Assembly: GCA_002869885.2 (NCBI GenBank)
Contig: NEWR02000002.1
Location: forward strand, 40,852 to 72,851
Source: Nitrospira sp. CG24C
GTDB lineage: Bacteria > Nitrospirota > Nitrospiria > Nitrospirales > Nitrospiraceae
Direction: 5' to 3'
Length of the DNA stretch: 32,000 bases
Below are positions 7,361 through 15,713 of the stretch, piece by piece (positions within the stretch are counted from its first letter, which is position 1; each line of letters opens with the position of its first letter). The notes beneath the pieces are model-generated. The model worked only from the letters and a program-made list of their open reading frames with translations, did no database searches and was not told where the DNA came from. The translations under genes were made by a program, and so were the position numbers.

Positions 7361-8257
7361 AAGCGCAGACACCATGCTTTGGCCCCCACCGAGTTGGCTC
7401 CGAGCCTCATCGATAGCAGCCGTCAGTTGCTGTGTCATCTCCGGATCTACGTCCGCAGGAAGGTTGGCACGAGCTTGCTCCCAGTCCTTCGCCGCACGAG
7501 CAAAGTTTTTTCGGGTGAACGCCACAGTCCCTGCCAGCATCAGCGCCTTCACATTGCGTGGATCGATCTTCAGCGCCTGTTGAATAAGGACTTCAGGCTT
7601 CCCCTCCAACTTGCGACCATGGACGACACCCAAGGTATCGGCATAGTCGGCAAGTAACTGGGCGTCATCAGGAATCAGTCTCACAGCATTCTCGTAAACC
7701 GCAGCGGCCTCGGCGTAGCGCCCCAGCCCCACGTATGAGCGCGCGAGCAGCCCCCATCCCACGCCATCATTCGGATTCTGCGCCATTTTCTGCTTGAGCC
7801 GCTCGACTAATCCTTCCAGTGCGTCAGCGGACGAATGCGCACCTTCTGGTCCCCCTTGCGCAGACAACGAAGCCGCGGTTGGCTGCGTCATGGCAAGTGG
7901 ATTCCCAATCTGCCAATAGATCAGCCCACTGACCGTCGGAACGATGACAGCCAGTGCAAAAGCCACCGGCCTGCTATTCATCTGCCGCCGGGCCACCCTG
8001 GGAGCCGTGTCTGTAGTGCCTGTCTCTTCCAACAAACGCCGTTCGAGCTCACGCCGCGCCTGCTGACACAATTCGTCGGTGAGTACACCGTTTACGCGGT
8101 CCTGCTCTAATTCAGCAAACTGCTGCCGGAAAATAGACAACGTCTTCTCCTGCTCTCCCGTTGTGACAGCAACTGTGCGCTTGAGCAGTGGCCACAACAG
8201 GAGACCAAGAATAAGAATGGTCATGGTCGATGCGATCAGCCAAAATATGATGGTCAA
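6590..8257 (-). CDS. ccmI: Cytochrome c-type biogenesis protein CcmI (CycH) with a duplicated C-terminal domain
   Basis: It has an N-terminal membrane hairpin, a coiled region (FRQQFAELEQDRVNG), TPR-like repeats (GWGLLARSYVGLGRYAEAAAVYENAVRL...), and two roughly 130-aa near-identical modules. It is the last gene of the ccm operon and overlaps the ccmH stop by 4 nt. Confidence 0.85.
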   Translation of the reverse strand: MTIIFWLIASTMTILILGLLLWPLLKRTVAVTTGEQEKTLSIFRQQFAELEQDRVNGVLTDELCQQARRELERRLLEETGTTDTAPRVARRQMNSRPVAFALAVIVPTVSGLIYWQIGNPLAMTQPTAASLSAQGGPEGAHSSADALEGLVERLKQKMAQNPNDGVGWGLLARSYVGLGRYAEAAAVYENAVRLIPDDAQLLADYADTLGVVHGRKLEGKPEVLIQQALKIDPRNVKALMLAGTVAFTRKNFARAAKDWEQARANLPADVDPEMTQQLTAAIDEARSQLGGGQSMVSALTEPAAPAQPAGQPRVIKGTVAMAPSLAGKGSPTDTLFVFAREMNGPPMPVSIVRATRKDLPFTFRLDDSTSPMPSRKLSSAGPVVIVARLSKSGQAMPQSGDLEGTSQPVQSGGEGIAVVIDHERMDKESAAPAPLASQTGQPRAIRGTVTVAPSLAGKASATDTLFVFAREMSGPPMPVAIVRASRKDLPFTFQLDDSTSPMPSRKLSSAGPVVIVARLSKSGQAMPQSGDLEGTSQPIQSGVDGITVVIDRERP

Positions 8258-8715
8258 GGGCGATGAACTCCTTCGGAAAGCAGTTTTTCGACACGGTTAT
8301 GCTCAGCTTCCGACAATGTCACGTCGGTAACCTTTTTCTGTCTCCTGCGTAGCGCAAACACTAATCCCGTTGCGCCAACTCCTAATAAGAGGAACGGCCC
8401 CAGCCAGAGCAATGTGGTCGTGAGCTTCCAGGGCGGTCGGTATAAGACGAAGTCTCCGTATCGAGTGACGAGAAAATCGATGATCTCCTTGTCGCTCATA
8501 TCTTTTGCGATCATTTCCCGCACTTCTCGGCGCAAGTCCTCGGCCAACGGCGCATTCGAATCAGCCAGCGTCTGGTTCTGACAGACCAGGCAGCGCAGCT
8601 CGACAGCGAGGGCTTTCAAACGCGCTTCCGCCTGCGGGTTCGCAGCAAGCGGCTGGGCCTCGTACGCCGTAGCGAGACTTGGGAGTATCAACATGAGCAC
8701 CCAAAGCCATCTCAT
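8254..8715 (-). CDS. ccmH: Cytochrome c-type biogenesis protein CcmH
   Basis: A signal peptide, the LRCLVCQNQTLADSNAPLAEDLR motif (LRCxxC) and a C-terminal TM are present. Confidence 0.9.
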   Translation of the reverse strand: MRWLWVLMLILPSLATAYEAQPLAANPQAEARLKALAVELRCLVCQNQTLADSNAPLAEDLRREVREMIAKDMSDKEIIDFLVTRYGDFVLYRPPWKLTTTLLWLGPFLLLGVGATGLVFALRRRQKKVTDVTLSEAEHNRVEKLLSEGVHRP

Positions 8716-9239
8716 TGCTTCTGCAACTCCCTGACCAGGGGTAAAATCTTTTTCTCCAAGATGTCCTCACGTATCGGGCCGATCTGTTTGTAACGGATGA
8801 CCCCCGCCTTATCGATCACATAGGTTTCCGGCACTCCGTAGACCCCGTAATTAATACCGACACGCCCAGGCTCATCTACAGCAACAATCTGGTAGGGATT
8901 GCCCCAATCCTTCAACCACGCCAGAGCCTCACTCCGTTGATCCTTATAGTCCATGCCATAGATGGGCACCTCCCCGGATTGAGCGATACGGATGAGCACC
9001 GGATGCTCTTCCTTACAGCCCCCGCACCAGGACGCCCAGAAATTGAGCAGCCAGACCTTACCCTTAAGATCGTTCGACGAAATCACTTTTTCGGGATCAT
9101 GGAGCTGCTGCAGCGAAAACTCAGGCGCCGCCTTCCCGACCAAGGGAGACGGCAATTCACGCGGGTTGAGCGTCAGCCCAACCGCAAGAAAACCGACCAC
9201 GACGATGAAGAGCCCGAACGGGATGAGAAACCGGTTCAT
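8712..9239 (-). CDS. ccmG: Thiol:disulfide oxidoreductase CcmG/DsbE
   Basis: An N-terminal anchor (MNRFLIPFGLFIVVVGFLAV) and a thioredoxin motif (WASWCGGCKEEHP) are present. The ATG at 9239 overlaps the ccmF stop (ATGA). The track ORF start at 9374 lies inside ccmF and is rejected. Confidence 0.9.
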   Translation of the reverse strand: MNRFLIPFGLFIVVVGFLAVGLTLNPRELPSPLVGKAAPEFSLQQLHDPEKVISSNDLKGKVWLLNFWASWCGGCKEEHPVLIRIAQSGEVPIYGMDYKDQRSEALAWLKDWGNPYQIVAVDEPGRVGINYGVYGVPETYVIDKAGVIRYKQIGPIREDILEKKILPLVRELQKQ

Positions 9240-11227
9240 GAGACGGTCGGCCGCGCCATCTGGGCCGTGGCCGGCACCGCAGCCTCTTTCCGCCGCCAAG
9301 CCAGCCGATAGCGCCGATCGCTGACGGCCAGGATGCCGCCCGAGGCCATGACAAGACAGCCTCCCCAGATCCAATCGATGAAGGGTTTATGGTAGAGCCG
9401 CACACTCCAGGCTCCGCCTTCAAGCGGCTCGCCTAACGACACGTATAAATCGCGCAGCAACCCCGGTGAGATCGCCGCTTCGGTCATCGTCTGGTTCTGG
9501 ACGAAATAGCGGCGCTTCTCGGGATACATTACTGTCACCTCACGACCATCCTGGCTCACATGAAACGTCCCCCGCGCCGCCACATAGTTTGGGCCATTGA
9601 CCTGTTCCGTCCCGTCAAAACGGAATGTATAGCCACCGAGCGTGGCCGTCTCACCAACGTTCATCCGCACGTCCTGTTCCACTTCAAAGCCCTTCACCAT
9701 AGTCACACCCACGATGAATAAAGCCACACCCGCGTGGGCCACTACCATGCCCCAATAGGCGCGGGGCAGCGTGGCCAGGCGGCCCCCGACGCTGCCGCTC
9801 TCGGCCTGGAGCAACCGCTCCCTCAGATCCACCAAGATCGTCGCCAGAATCCAGAAGGCCAACAGGAGCCCCAGACTGATCAGCGGTGTCCATTGGCCCA
9901 TAAGCCACGGCACCGCCACGGCAGTCGCCAGGCTGACGCCGAAGGCCCAGCGCAGGCGGATGGCCAAGGCCGGGAGGCTCGCCTGTTTCCATTGGGCCAG
10001 CGGCCCGATCCCCATCAGAAATATGGCAGGGGTCATCAGGGGAAGAAAGACGGTGTCGAAGTACGGAGGGCCGACCGAGATTTTGCCAAGGTCCAGCGCA
10101 TCCAAGAACAAGGGATACAGCGTCCCCAGGAGCACTGAGCCCAAGGCCGCCACCAACAACACATTGTTCGCCAGCAACATCCCTTCGCGCGAGATCAGGG
10201 CGAAGCTCCCACCCAGTCCGACTCGAGGCGCCCGCCAGGCGTACAGGACCAGTGAGCCGCCGATTACCACGGCCAAAAATATGAGAATGAACAAGCCGCG
10301 CTTCGGGTCGGTCGCGAACGCATGCACTGATGTCAAGACGCCGGAGCGAACCAAGAAGGTTCCGAGCAGACTGAGCGAGAACGCCATAATCGCGAGCAAC
10401 ACGCTCCAGGCTTTGAAACCACCCCGCTTGTCAGTCACCGCCAGCGAGTGCATCAAGGCGGTGCCGGCCAGCCAGGGCATGAAGGAGGCGTTTTCGACCG
10501 GGTCCCAGAACCACCAGCCACCCCATCCCAGCTCGTAATAGGCCCACCCACTCCCCATCGCAACTCCCACGGTCATAAAACACCAGGCTACTGTGGTCCA
10601 GGGACGAGACCAGCGTGCCCAAGCCGCATCCAGCGTGCCCCCCAAGAGCGCAGCGATCGCAAAAGAAAATGCCACGGAGAACCCAACGTACCCCATATAA
10701 AGCATCGGGGGATGGATCACCATGCCGGGATCCTGCAGCAGGGGATTCAGGTCGCGCCCATCGAGTGCGGCAGGTATCAACCGCTCGAACGGATTGGAGA
10801 CGGTCAACATGAATAAAAGAAATCCCACACTGACGAGGCCCATGACGCCCAAGATGCGCGCGCGCATCGCCTCCGGCAGATGGGTGGAGAAGAAGGAGAC
10901 AGCGACCATCCAGATACTGAGGATAAACATCCAGAGAAGCAACGAGCCCTCGTGCGCGCCCCAGATGGCTGCGAGGCGGTAATGCAGCGGGAGCTGGGAG
11001 TTCGACGTGGCTGCGACGTAGAGCACGGAGAAGTCTTTGTCTGCAAAGGCATACCCCAGGCAACAAAAAGCCAACAGGACTAAGAGGAATTGCCCTCGCG
11101 CCGCCGGCTTCGCAACGGCCATCAGCGAGGAGTTCCCCACCGCGGCGCCATAGATAGGCAGGGTTCCCTGCACCACCGCCACGCAGAGCGCGAGAATTAA
11201 GGCGTAATGACCAACTTCTGGAATCAT
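9236..11227 (-). CDS. ccmF: Cytochrome c haem lyase subunit CcmF
   Basis: The 663-aa polytopic protein has the WWD motif (WGGWWFWDPVENASFMPW) and conserved His residues. Confidence 0.95.
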   Translation of the reverse strand: MIPEVGHYALILALCVAVVQGTLPIYGAAVGNSSLMAVAKPAARGQFLLVLLAFCCLGYAFADKDFSVLYVAATSNSQLPLHYRLAAIWGAHEGSLLLWMFILSIWMVAVSFFSTHLPEAMRARILGVMGLVSVGFLLFMLTVSNPFERLIPAALDGRDLNPLLQDPGMVIHPPMLYMGYVGFSVAFSFAIAALLGGTLDAAWARWSRPWTTVAWCFMTVGVAMGSGWAYYELGWGGWWFWDPVENASFMPWLAGTALMHSLAVTDKRGGFKAWSVLLAIMAFSLSLLGTFLVRSGVLTSVHAFATDPKRGLFILIFLAVVIGGSLVLYAWRAPRVGLGGSFALISREGMLLANNVLLVAALGSVLLGTLYPLFLDALDLGKISVGPPYFDTVFLPLMTPAIFLMGIGPLAQWKQASLPALAIRLRWAFGVSLATAVAVPWLMGQWTPLISLGLLLAFWILATILVDLRERLLQAESGSVGGRLATLPRAYWGMVVAHAGVALFIVGVTMVKGFEVEQDVRMNVGETATLGGYTFRFDGTEQVNGPNYVAARGTFHVSQDGREVTVMYPEKRRYFVQNQTMTEAAISPGLLRDLYVSLGEPLEGGAWSVRLYHKPFIDWIWGGCLVMASGGILAVSDRRYRLAWRRKEAAVPATAQMARPTVS

Positions 11228-11235
11228 GTAGGCTC

Positions 11236-11712
11236 CTAACGTGGATTGACGACCAGAGTGCCGCTGCTCTGCGCCCCTGCGGTCTTGGCCTTGGCGAGCG
11301 CGTCCGCTGCTTCCGGCGGCATATAGTTTTCATCGTGCTTCGCCAGCACCTCACTCGCCAGGAAGGCTCCGTTGGCAGCGAGTTGACCCTGGGCTACTAC
11401 TCCCTTCCCTTCCTTGAAGAGGTCCGGGAGAATTCCTTTGAACGTCACAGGCACTCGTTTCGCCATGTCGGTCACGACAAAATGCACGGTCAGTCCATCG
11501 CCCTCGCGGGTGAGGCTTCCGGCTTCGACCATGCCGCCGATGCGGAAGCTGCGCCCCTGGGGCACATCCCCATTGGCCGCCTGCGTCGGTGTATAAAAGA
11601 ACACGAGATTGCTCTGGAACGCATTCAACACCAAGAATGCCGCCACAGCCAACGCACCGAGGCCCAAGCCGATCAGGACAAATCGCTTCTTTCGAGGTGT
11701 CATCGTCTTCAA
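11236..11712 (-). CDS. ccmE: Haem chaperone CcmE
   Basis: An N-terminal anchor, the [11 protein letters not shown] block and a C-terminal [12 protein letters not shown] (HxxxY haem-binding motif) are present. Confidence 0.9.
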   Translation of the reverse strand: MKTMTPRKKRFVLIGLGLGALAVAAFLVLNAFQSNLVFFYTPTQAANGDVPQGRSFRIGGMVEAGSLTREGDGLTVHFVVTDMAKRVPVTFKGILPDLFKEGKGVVAQGQLAANGAFLASEVLAKHDENYMPPEAADALAKAKTAGAQSSGTLVVNPR

Positions 11713-11718
11713 TTCCTC

Positions 11719-11874
11719 CTACGACTCATCACGGCTCCCTGCCGCAGCCGCATGCCGCCGCCACACCGCGAAAACTTCCCCGCCCATACACAGGGCCGTG
11801 ACGCCAAACGAGGGCCACACGTAGAGGCCGTACCCGCCCATCGCAAAAAACTCTGCCAGGCTCCCCCACTGCAT
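11719..11874 (-). CDS. ccmD: Haem exporter protein CcmD (51 aa)
   Basis: It is hidden as the last 51 codons of track ORF 11719..12558: MQWGSLAEFFAMGGYGLYVWPSFGVTALCMGGEVFAVWRRH. This is the typical CcmD single-TM pattern. Its ATG overlaps the ccmC TGA by 1 nt (TGATG). Confidence 0.7.
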   Translation of the reverse strand: MQWGSLAEFFAMGGYGLYVWPSFGVTALCMGGEVFAVWRRHAAAAGSRDES

Positions 11875-12635
11875 CAGCGCGCCTCCACCGCGTCCGGCAT
11901 CGAAGCCTGCTTGCCCCACGACGGGTGTCGCTCCCGTTCGACAATCACGCAACGCATACGGGCCAAGGTCACCGCGATGCTGTACATCCAGAAGCCGAAC
12001 ATCATCACCAACATCGCCGTTACCATCGTCCCCGCCATCGTCGGCGCCGCGGTGATGCTGACCGAGGCTCCTTGATGCAGCGTGTTCCACCACCGCACAG
12101 AAAAATAGATGATCGGGACATTGATCACCCCCACCAATGCCAAGACGGCGCTCGCGCGATCCGCGCGGCGCAGGTCGTCGATCGATGAGCGCAATAAAAT
12201 GATCCCGATATATTGAAACAGCAAAATCAATTCCGACGTCAACCGAGCATCCCACACCCACCAAGCCCCCCACGTGGGTTTCCCCCACATCGACCCGGTA
12301 AACAGCGCGAGGAACGTAAACATCGCCCCGGTAGGCGCGATGGCCTGCGCCATCATGAACGAGGGGCGCGCATTGAGCCCCAATCCGAGACCGGCCCAGA
12401 TAGCCATGATGACGTAGAGAAACATGGACATCCAGGCTGCCGGCACATGCACGAAGATAATGCGGTAGGCATCGCCTTGTGTCACATCGGTCGGCGCCAC
12501 GAAAAATCCCACGTACAGGCCGACCCCGATCAACCCCAGCGCAAGGGCAGCAAACCACGGGATCATCCGTCCAGCTAGCGGATACAAGGCCTGCGGCGAT
12601 GAATACTTAAACCAATTAATGCCTGTGCCGCTCAT
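11874..12635 (-). CDS. ccmC: Haem exporter protein CcmC
   Basis: A WWD motif (WGKPTWGAWWVWDARLTSE) and six TM segments are present. Confidence 0.9.
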   Translation of the reverse strand: MSGTGINWFKYSSPQALYPLAGRMIPWFAALALGLIGVGLYVGFFVAPTDVTQGDAYRIIFVHVPAAWMSMFLYVIMAIWAGLGLGLNARPSFMMAQAIAPTGAMFTFLALFTGSMWGKPTWGAWWVWDARLTSELILLFQYIGIILLRSSIDDLRRADRASAVLALVGVINVPIIYFSVRWWNTLHQGASVSITAAPTMAGTMVTAMLVMMFGFWMYSIAVTLARMRCVIVERERHPSWGKQASMPDAVEAR

Positions 12636-12644
12636 AATGATTTC

Positions 12645-13328
12645 TTATTCCAATGCAATGCGTAATGCAACAGCAGTGGCCCATGGCGCAAACGCAAATG
12701 AGAACAGGAAGCAGGCTCCGAGTAACGACAGATTTGCTTCGCTGCCGATTCCGGCCAAACTATTCGTGACGGCGCCGGCCCCAAAGATCAGCACCGGAAT
12801 AAAAAGGGGAAGCACGAGCAGTGCAACCAGCAAGCCACTCCCGCGCAACCCAAGAGTTAACGCAGCGCCTATCGCTCCAATCATACTCAACGTCGGCGTA
12901 CCAAGCAAGAGCGATAACGTGAGCACCCACAACGAGTCCCCGCTCAGGCCGAACTGCAAGCCGAGAAGAGGCGAGAGCAGAACCACCGGCAGACCCGAGA
13001 TCACCCAGTGAGAGAACACCTTACCGACAACCAGCACCGCCAAAGGCTGAGGGATCAAGAGGGTCTGTTCCAATACACCATCAAGATAATCGGCGGTAAA
13101 GAGACGCCCAAGTGATAACAGGCAGGCCAGCAGGGCCGTGACCCAGAGCACGCCGGAAGCAATCACCCTCAGAACTGCCGACTCCGGCCCGACCCCCAAC
13201 GGAAAGAGGCTCGCGACGATGACGACGAAAAAAACCGACATCGCCACATCCGAACGATGCCGCATGGCCAGCAGAAGATCCCGCCGGATGACCCCGCGCA
13301 ACGCCTCACTCATGCTGGGCTGGCTCAT
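12645..13328 (-). CDS. ccmB: Haem exporter permease CcmB
   Basis: The 227-aa polytopic protein sits between ccmA and ccmC. Its N-terminus is CcmB-like (IRRDLLLAMRHRSDV...). Its ATG overlaps the ccmA stop by 4 nt. Confidence 0.9.
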   Translation of the reverse strand: MSQPSMSEALRGVIRRDLLLAMRHRSDVAMSVFFVVIVASLFPLGVGPESAVLRVIASGVLWVTALLACLLSLGRLFTADYLDGVLEQTLLIPQPLAVLVVGKVFSHWVISGLPVVLLSPLLGLQFGLSGDSLWVLTLSLLLGTPTLSMIGAIGAALTLGLRGSGLLVALLVLPLFIPVLIFGAGAVTNSLAGIGSEANLSLLGACFLFSFAFAPWATAVALRIALE

Positions 13329-13945
13329 CGAGTCAGCCTCAGATGCTGGATAGAATCAGTCGGGATAGCGATCTCCTGGTGCGTGGCGACGACCACCATA
13401 CCGCCATTATTCAGATGCGCATGCAGGCGTTGGGTCAAATAACTTGTGGCCGCAGCATCGAGTGACGCAAATGGCTCATCCAAAAGCCATAACGGACGCG
13501 TGGAAAGCCAGAGGCGCGCCAGCGACACACGGCGTTTTTGTCCTTGCGATAGCACCCTCGTCGGCAAGCGATGAACCGGTCGTACGAGGCCGACGGCCTC
13601 CAATGCTTTTTGCACGATTGCGCCGGAACTTTCATCTCCGGCGAGGGAGGCCGAGACCGTAAGGTTTTCGACCGGGGTTAGCTCATCCTTGATTCCGTTG
13701 AGATGCCCGACATAGGTCAGCTGGGCGCTATAGAGTTCCTTGAGCTGACGGATGTCTTTCCCCTGCCAGAGGATTGCGCCTCCATCCGGAGACAACAGAC
13801 CGCATAGCATACGGAGAAAGCTGGTTTTTCCGCTGCCGTTCTCGCCAACCACAGCCAGTAGAGTTCCAGGCTTGACCGTCACGCTGACGTCGGAGAACAA
13901 CTGTCGTTCCCCGCGACTACCACTCAGTGCAACGGTTTGGAACAT
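13325..13945 (-). CDS. ccmA: Haem exporter ATP-binding protein CcmA
   Basis: Walker A (GENGSGKTS), ABC signature (LSQGQKRRVSLA) and Walker B (LWLLDEP) are present. I take the start at the ATG at 13945 (MFQTVALSG...). The track start at 14053 adds an implausible 36-aa extension. Confidence 0.9.
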   Translation of the reverse strand: MFQTVALSGSRGERQLFSDVSVTVKPGTLLAVVGENGSGKTSFLRMLCGLLSPDGGAILWQGKDIRQLKELYSAQLTYVGHLNGIKDELTPVENLTVSASLAGDESSGAIVQKALEAVGLVRPVHRLPTRVLSQGQKRRVSLARLWLSTRPLWLLDEPFASLDAAATSYLTQRLHAHLNNGGMVVVATHQEIAIPTDSIQHLRLTR

Positions 13946-14220
13946 ATCTGGAGAAACCCCACTGAGGTCGAAGGAGAAATAGCACGGCAGCGTTGCGCCT
14001 TCATGAATCGTGCTGTTTGTGAGCCTGTTACCGGCACCGTCTGACGTCCCCAAAGTTGCAACTGCCGCTGATCTCGTAAACCAGCCGCAAGGTCGATGTC
14101 ACTGTATCACCTTGGGGACTCGTGAAAAGGCCACCGGTTGGCTTCGCGATTGTCGCCCATCCGATACTGGCAAGTCAAAGAGACTGGAGGCAGAGAACAT
14201 ATTCAGTTTTTTCGCTTGCC

Positions 14221-14248
14221 TTGCACGGGGGGGGAGGGGGGCTAGAAT
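14221..14248 (+). promoter_or_regulatory. Candidate promoter, TTGCAC-16 nt-TAGAAT, whose spacer is a G8-A-G6 tract
   Basis: The -35 is at 14221-14226 and the -10 at 14243-14248. It points toward the AmoD/E-like-copCD genes and lies in the divergent ccmA/amoDE intergenic region. Confidence 0.3.
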
Positions 14249-14284
14249 CTTGCCCCATCTTAGTGGCATCATAGCGCTACGGCT

Positions 14285-14319
14285 GACATGGCATGTCGCT
14301 ACTGCATATTATCATGCAG
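14285..14319. promoter_or_regulatory. Two adjacent perfect palindromes: GACATG-G-CATGTC and CTGCAT-N6-ATGCAG
   Basis: They lie at 14285-14297 and 14302-14319, between the candidate promoter and the ATG at 14387. A 1-nt spacer cannot fold as an RNA hairpin, so this is more likely a dimeric protein-binding site. Confidence 0.35.
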
Positions 14320-14386
14320 CGCGGTCGCATCGCCGTACGGACCAGAGGTCATCTCAACGTCCAATAACAGGAGGGTCCGGCATATT

Positions 14387-14974
14387 ATGTTAAGGCAAGT
14401 GACACGGGCAGCGGCAACAGTGCTCATTCTTGTTGCCGCACTGTACCACCCCGGCGACGCTGCTGCACATGGCTCAGTAAGCGGGGAAGACGATCCCTGC
14501 TTGCGTCGGGTAGGCGAGCGCGTGATACATTTCAGCGCCTATCAGCCGCAATACGAGCTGAGGGATCAATACTGCACGGACATTCCCAAGGAAGGCGACA
14601 CCTTCCTTGTCGTAGACCTCGTGGATCCGGCCTTGCGCACCGAACCGGTCGGAATGCGGATCATGAAGGGGAACGGCTCCAATGAGTCTGAAGATCAGAT
14701 CGTGGCAGATATTCGTCCGACCACCCACCCGGATGGAGTGCTCCGGGGCGAAGTCCGTCTTGCCGAGGGTCTCTATACTGTCACCGTTGCGGCGGAGAAA
14801 CAGAATCTGATGCGGCGACCCCAATATCTATTGCGGGTACACATGATCGATTACCAGAAGCTGATGCGTACCATGACCGTACCGGCAATAGCAGTTCTGA
14901 TAGTTGCATTGATTGGATACATACTCATACGATCGAAGTGGCTGCGGAATTGGTGGGCAGTCCGCCGTTCGTAG
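14387..14974 (+). CDS. AmoD/AmoE (PmoD)-family candidate, divergent paralog 1: periplasmic domain plus C-terminal TM anchor
   Basis: A CAGGAGGG RBS is present. The signal peptide ends AAA|HG. The scaffold shared with paralogs 2 and 3 is C..x..H..YQP....C.DIP..G...VVD. A C-terminal TM is present (VPAIAVLIVALIGYILI). It is syntenic with copCD as in beta-AOB amoED-copCD. Confidence 0.55.
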   Translation: MLRQVTRAAATVLILVAALYHPGDAAAHGSVSGEDDPCLRRVGERVIHFSAYQPQYELRDQYCTDIPKEGDTFLVVDLVDPALRTEPVGMRIMKGNGSNESEDQIVADIRPTTHPDGVLRGEVRLAEGLYTVTVAAEKQNLMRRPQYLLRVHMIDYQKLMRTMTVPAIAVLIVALIGYILIRSKWLRNWWAVRRS

Positions 14975-15035
14975 AAAACCGGGCGCTCCGGCCCGCGAGC
15001 CTGTGATTCAACATTCGAGAGGGAGGATACTGACA

Positions 15036-15617
15036 ATGGTTGTGCAATGGTTGAGGCCTATCGGCTTGTGCGTCTTGATGCTGGCAATCGGGACACCATT
15101 CTTCTCCACCCAAGCCCAAGCACATGGAGGACTGGCACTGGCAGAAGACATGTGCAGGCTCACGATCGGCCCCTACAACATGCACTTTACCGGCTATCAG
15201 CCCGACAACACACGCAATAAGGAGTTCTGCGAAGATATTCCGGCGACCGGCCGCACGGTTGTCGTGCTTGATTATATGGAGGATGCGCTCCGCCCGTTGC
15301 CTACCGAAGTTCGGATCATCAAGGATACAGGCTCGGAGCAGGATCTTCAGGCCATCACGGTCCTGCACCTGCCGCCCAAGGTCTACCCCGCTGGCTCGGT
15401 TAATTTCGAACATAACTTCGACCAACCCGGCAAATTCGTTGGTCTGGTTACCGTTGGTGATAAGCATGTATCGCGATTCCCGTTCTCGGTAGGGGAAACG
15501 AAGATTTGGTTACCCCCCACTTACTTTTTGATTGCGCTCGCAGGAGTTGCTGTTGTCGGGGTGATTTTCTTTGCCATGCGCGGGCGTGGGAAAACGTCGA
15601 GCAGTCCCGTTTCGTAG
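15036..15617 (+). CDS. AmoD/AmoE (PmoD)-family candidate, paralog 2
   Basis: The initiation region GAGGATACTGACAATG is conserved with paralog 3. The signal peptide ends AQA|HGG. The motif CRLTIGPYNMHFTGYQP...FCEDIP and a C-terminal TM are present. Confidence 0.6.
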   Translation: MVVQWLRPIGLCVLMLAIGTPFFSTQAQAHGGLALAEDMCRLTIGPYNMHFTGYQPDNTRNKEFCEDIPATGRTVVVLDYMEDALRPLPTEVRIIKDTGSEQDLQAITVLHLPPKVYPAGSVNFEHNFDQPGKFVGLVTVGDKHVSRFPFSVGETKIWLPPTYFLIALAGVAVVGVIFFAMRGRGKTSSSPVS

Positions 15618-15713
15618 ACGGAAAGCCCTCCGCGGTCCAAAGCGTGGGCGCAACTCTGGCTCAACGAGGAAATTGAGCTGTCTAAGATAGATAGAATGAT
15701 GAGGATACTGACG

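Noticed and set aside
8712-9374. The long form of ccmG, and likewise the long form of ccmA ending at 14053
   Set aside because: The extensions overlap ccmF or add non-homologous residues. Internal ATGs give canonical N-termini and ATGA coupling.
10431-11354. A 307-aa minus-strand ORF overlapping ccmF and ccmE out of frame
   Set aside because: ccmF and ccmE occupy the same strand in other frames with clear WWD and HxxxY motifs. This ORF is Arg/Pro/Gly-rich nonsense.
11719-12558. A 279-aa minus-strand ORF
   Set aside because: Only its last 51 codons (11719-11874) make sense, as CcmD. The upstream part is an alternative frame of ccmC.
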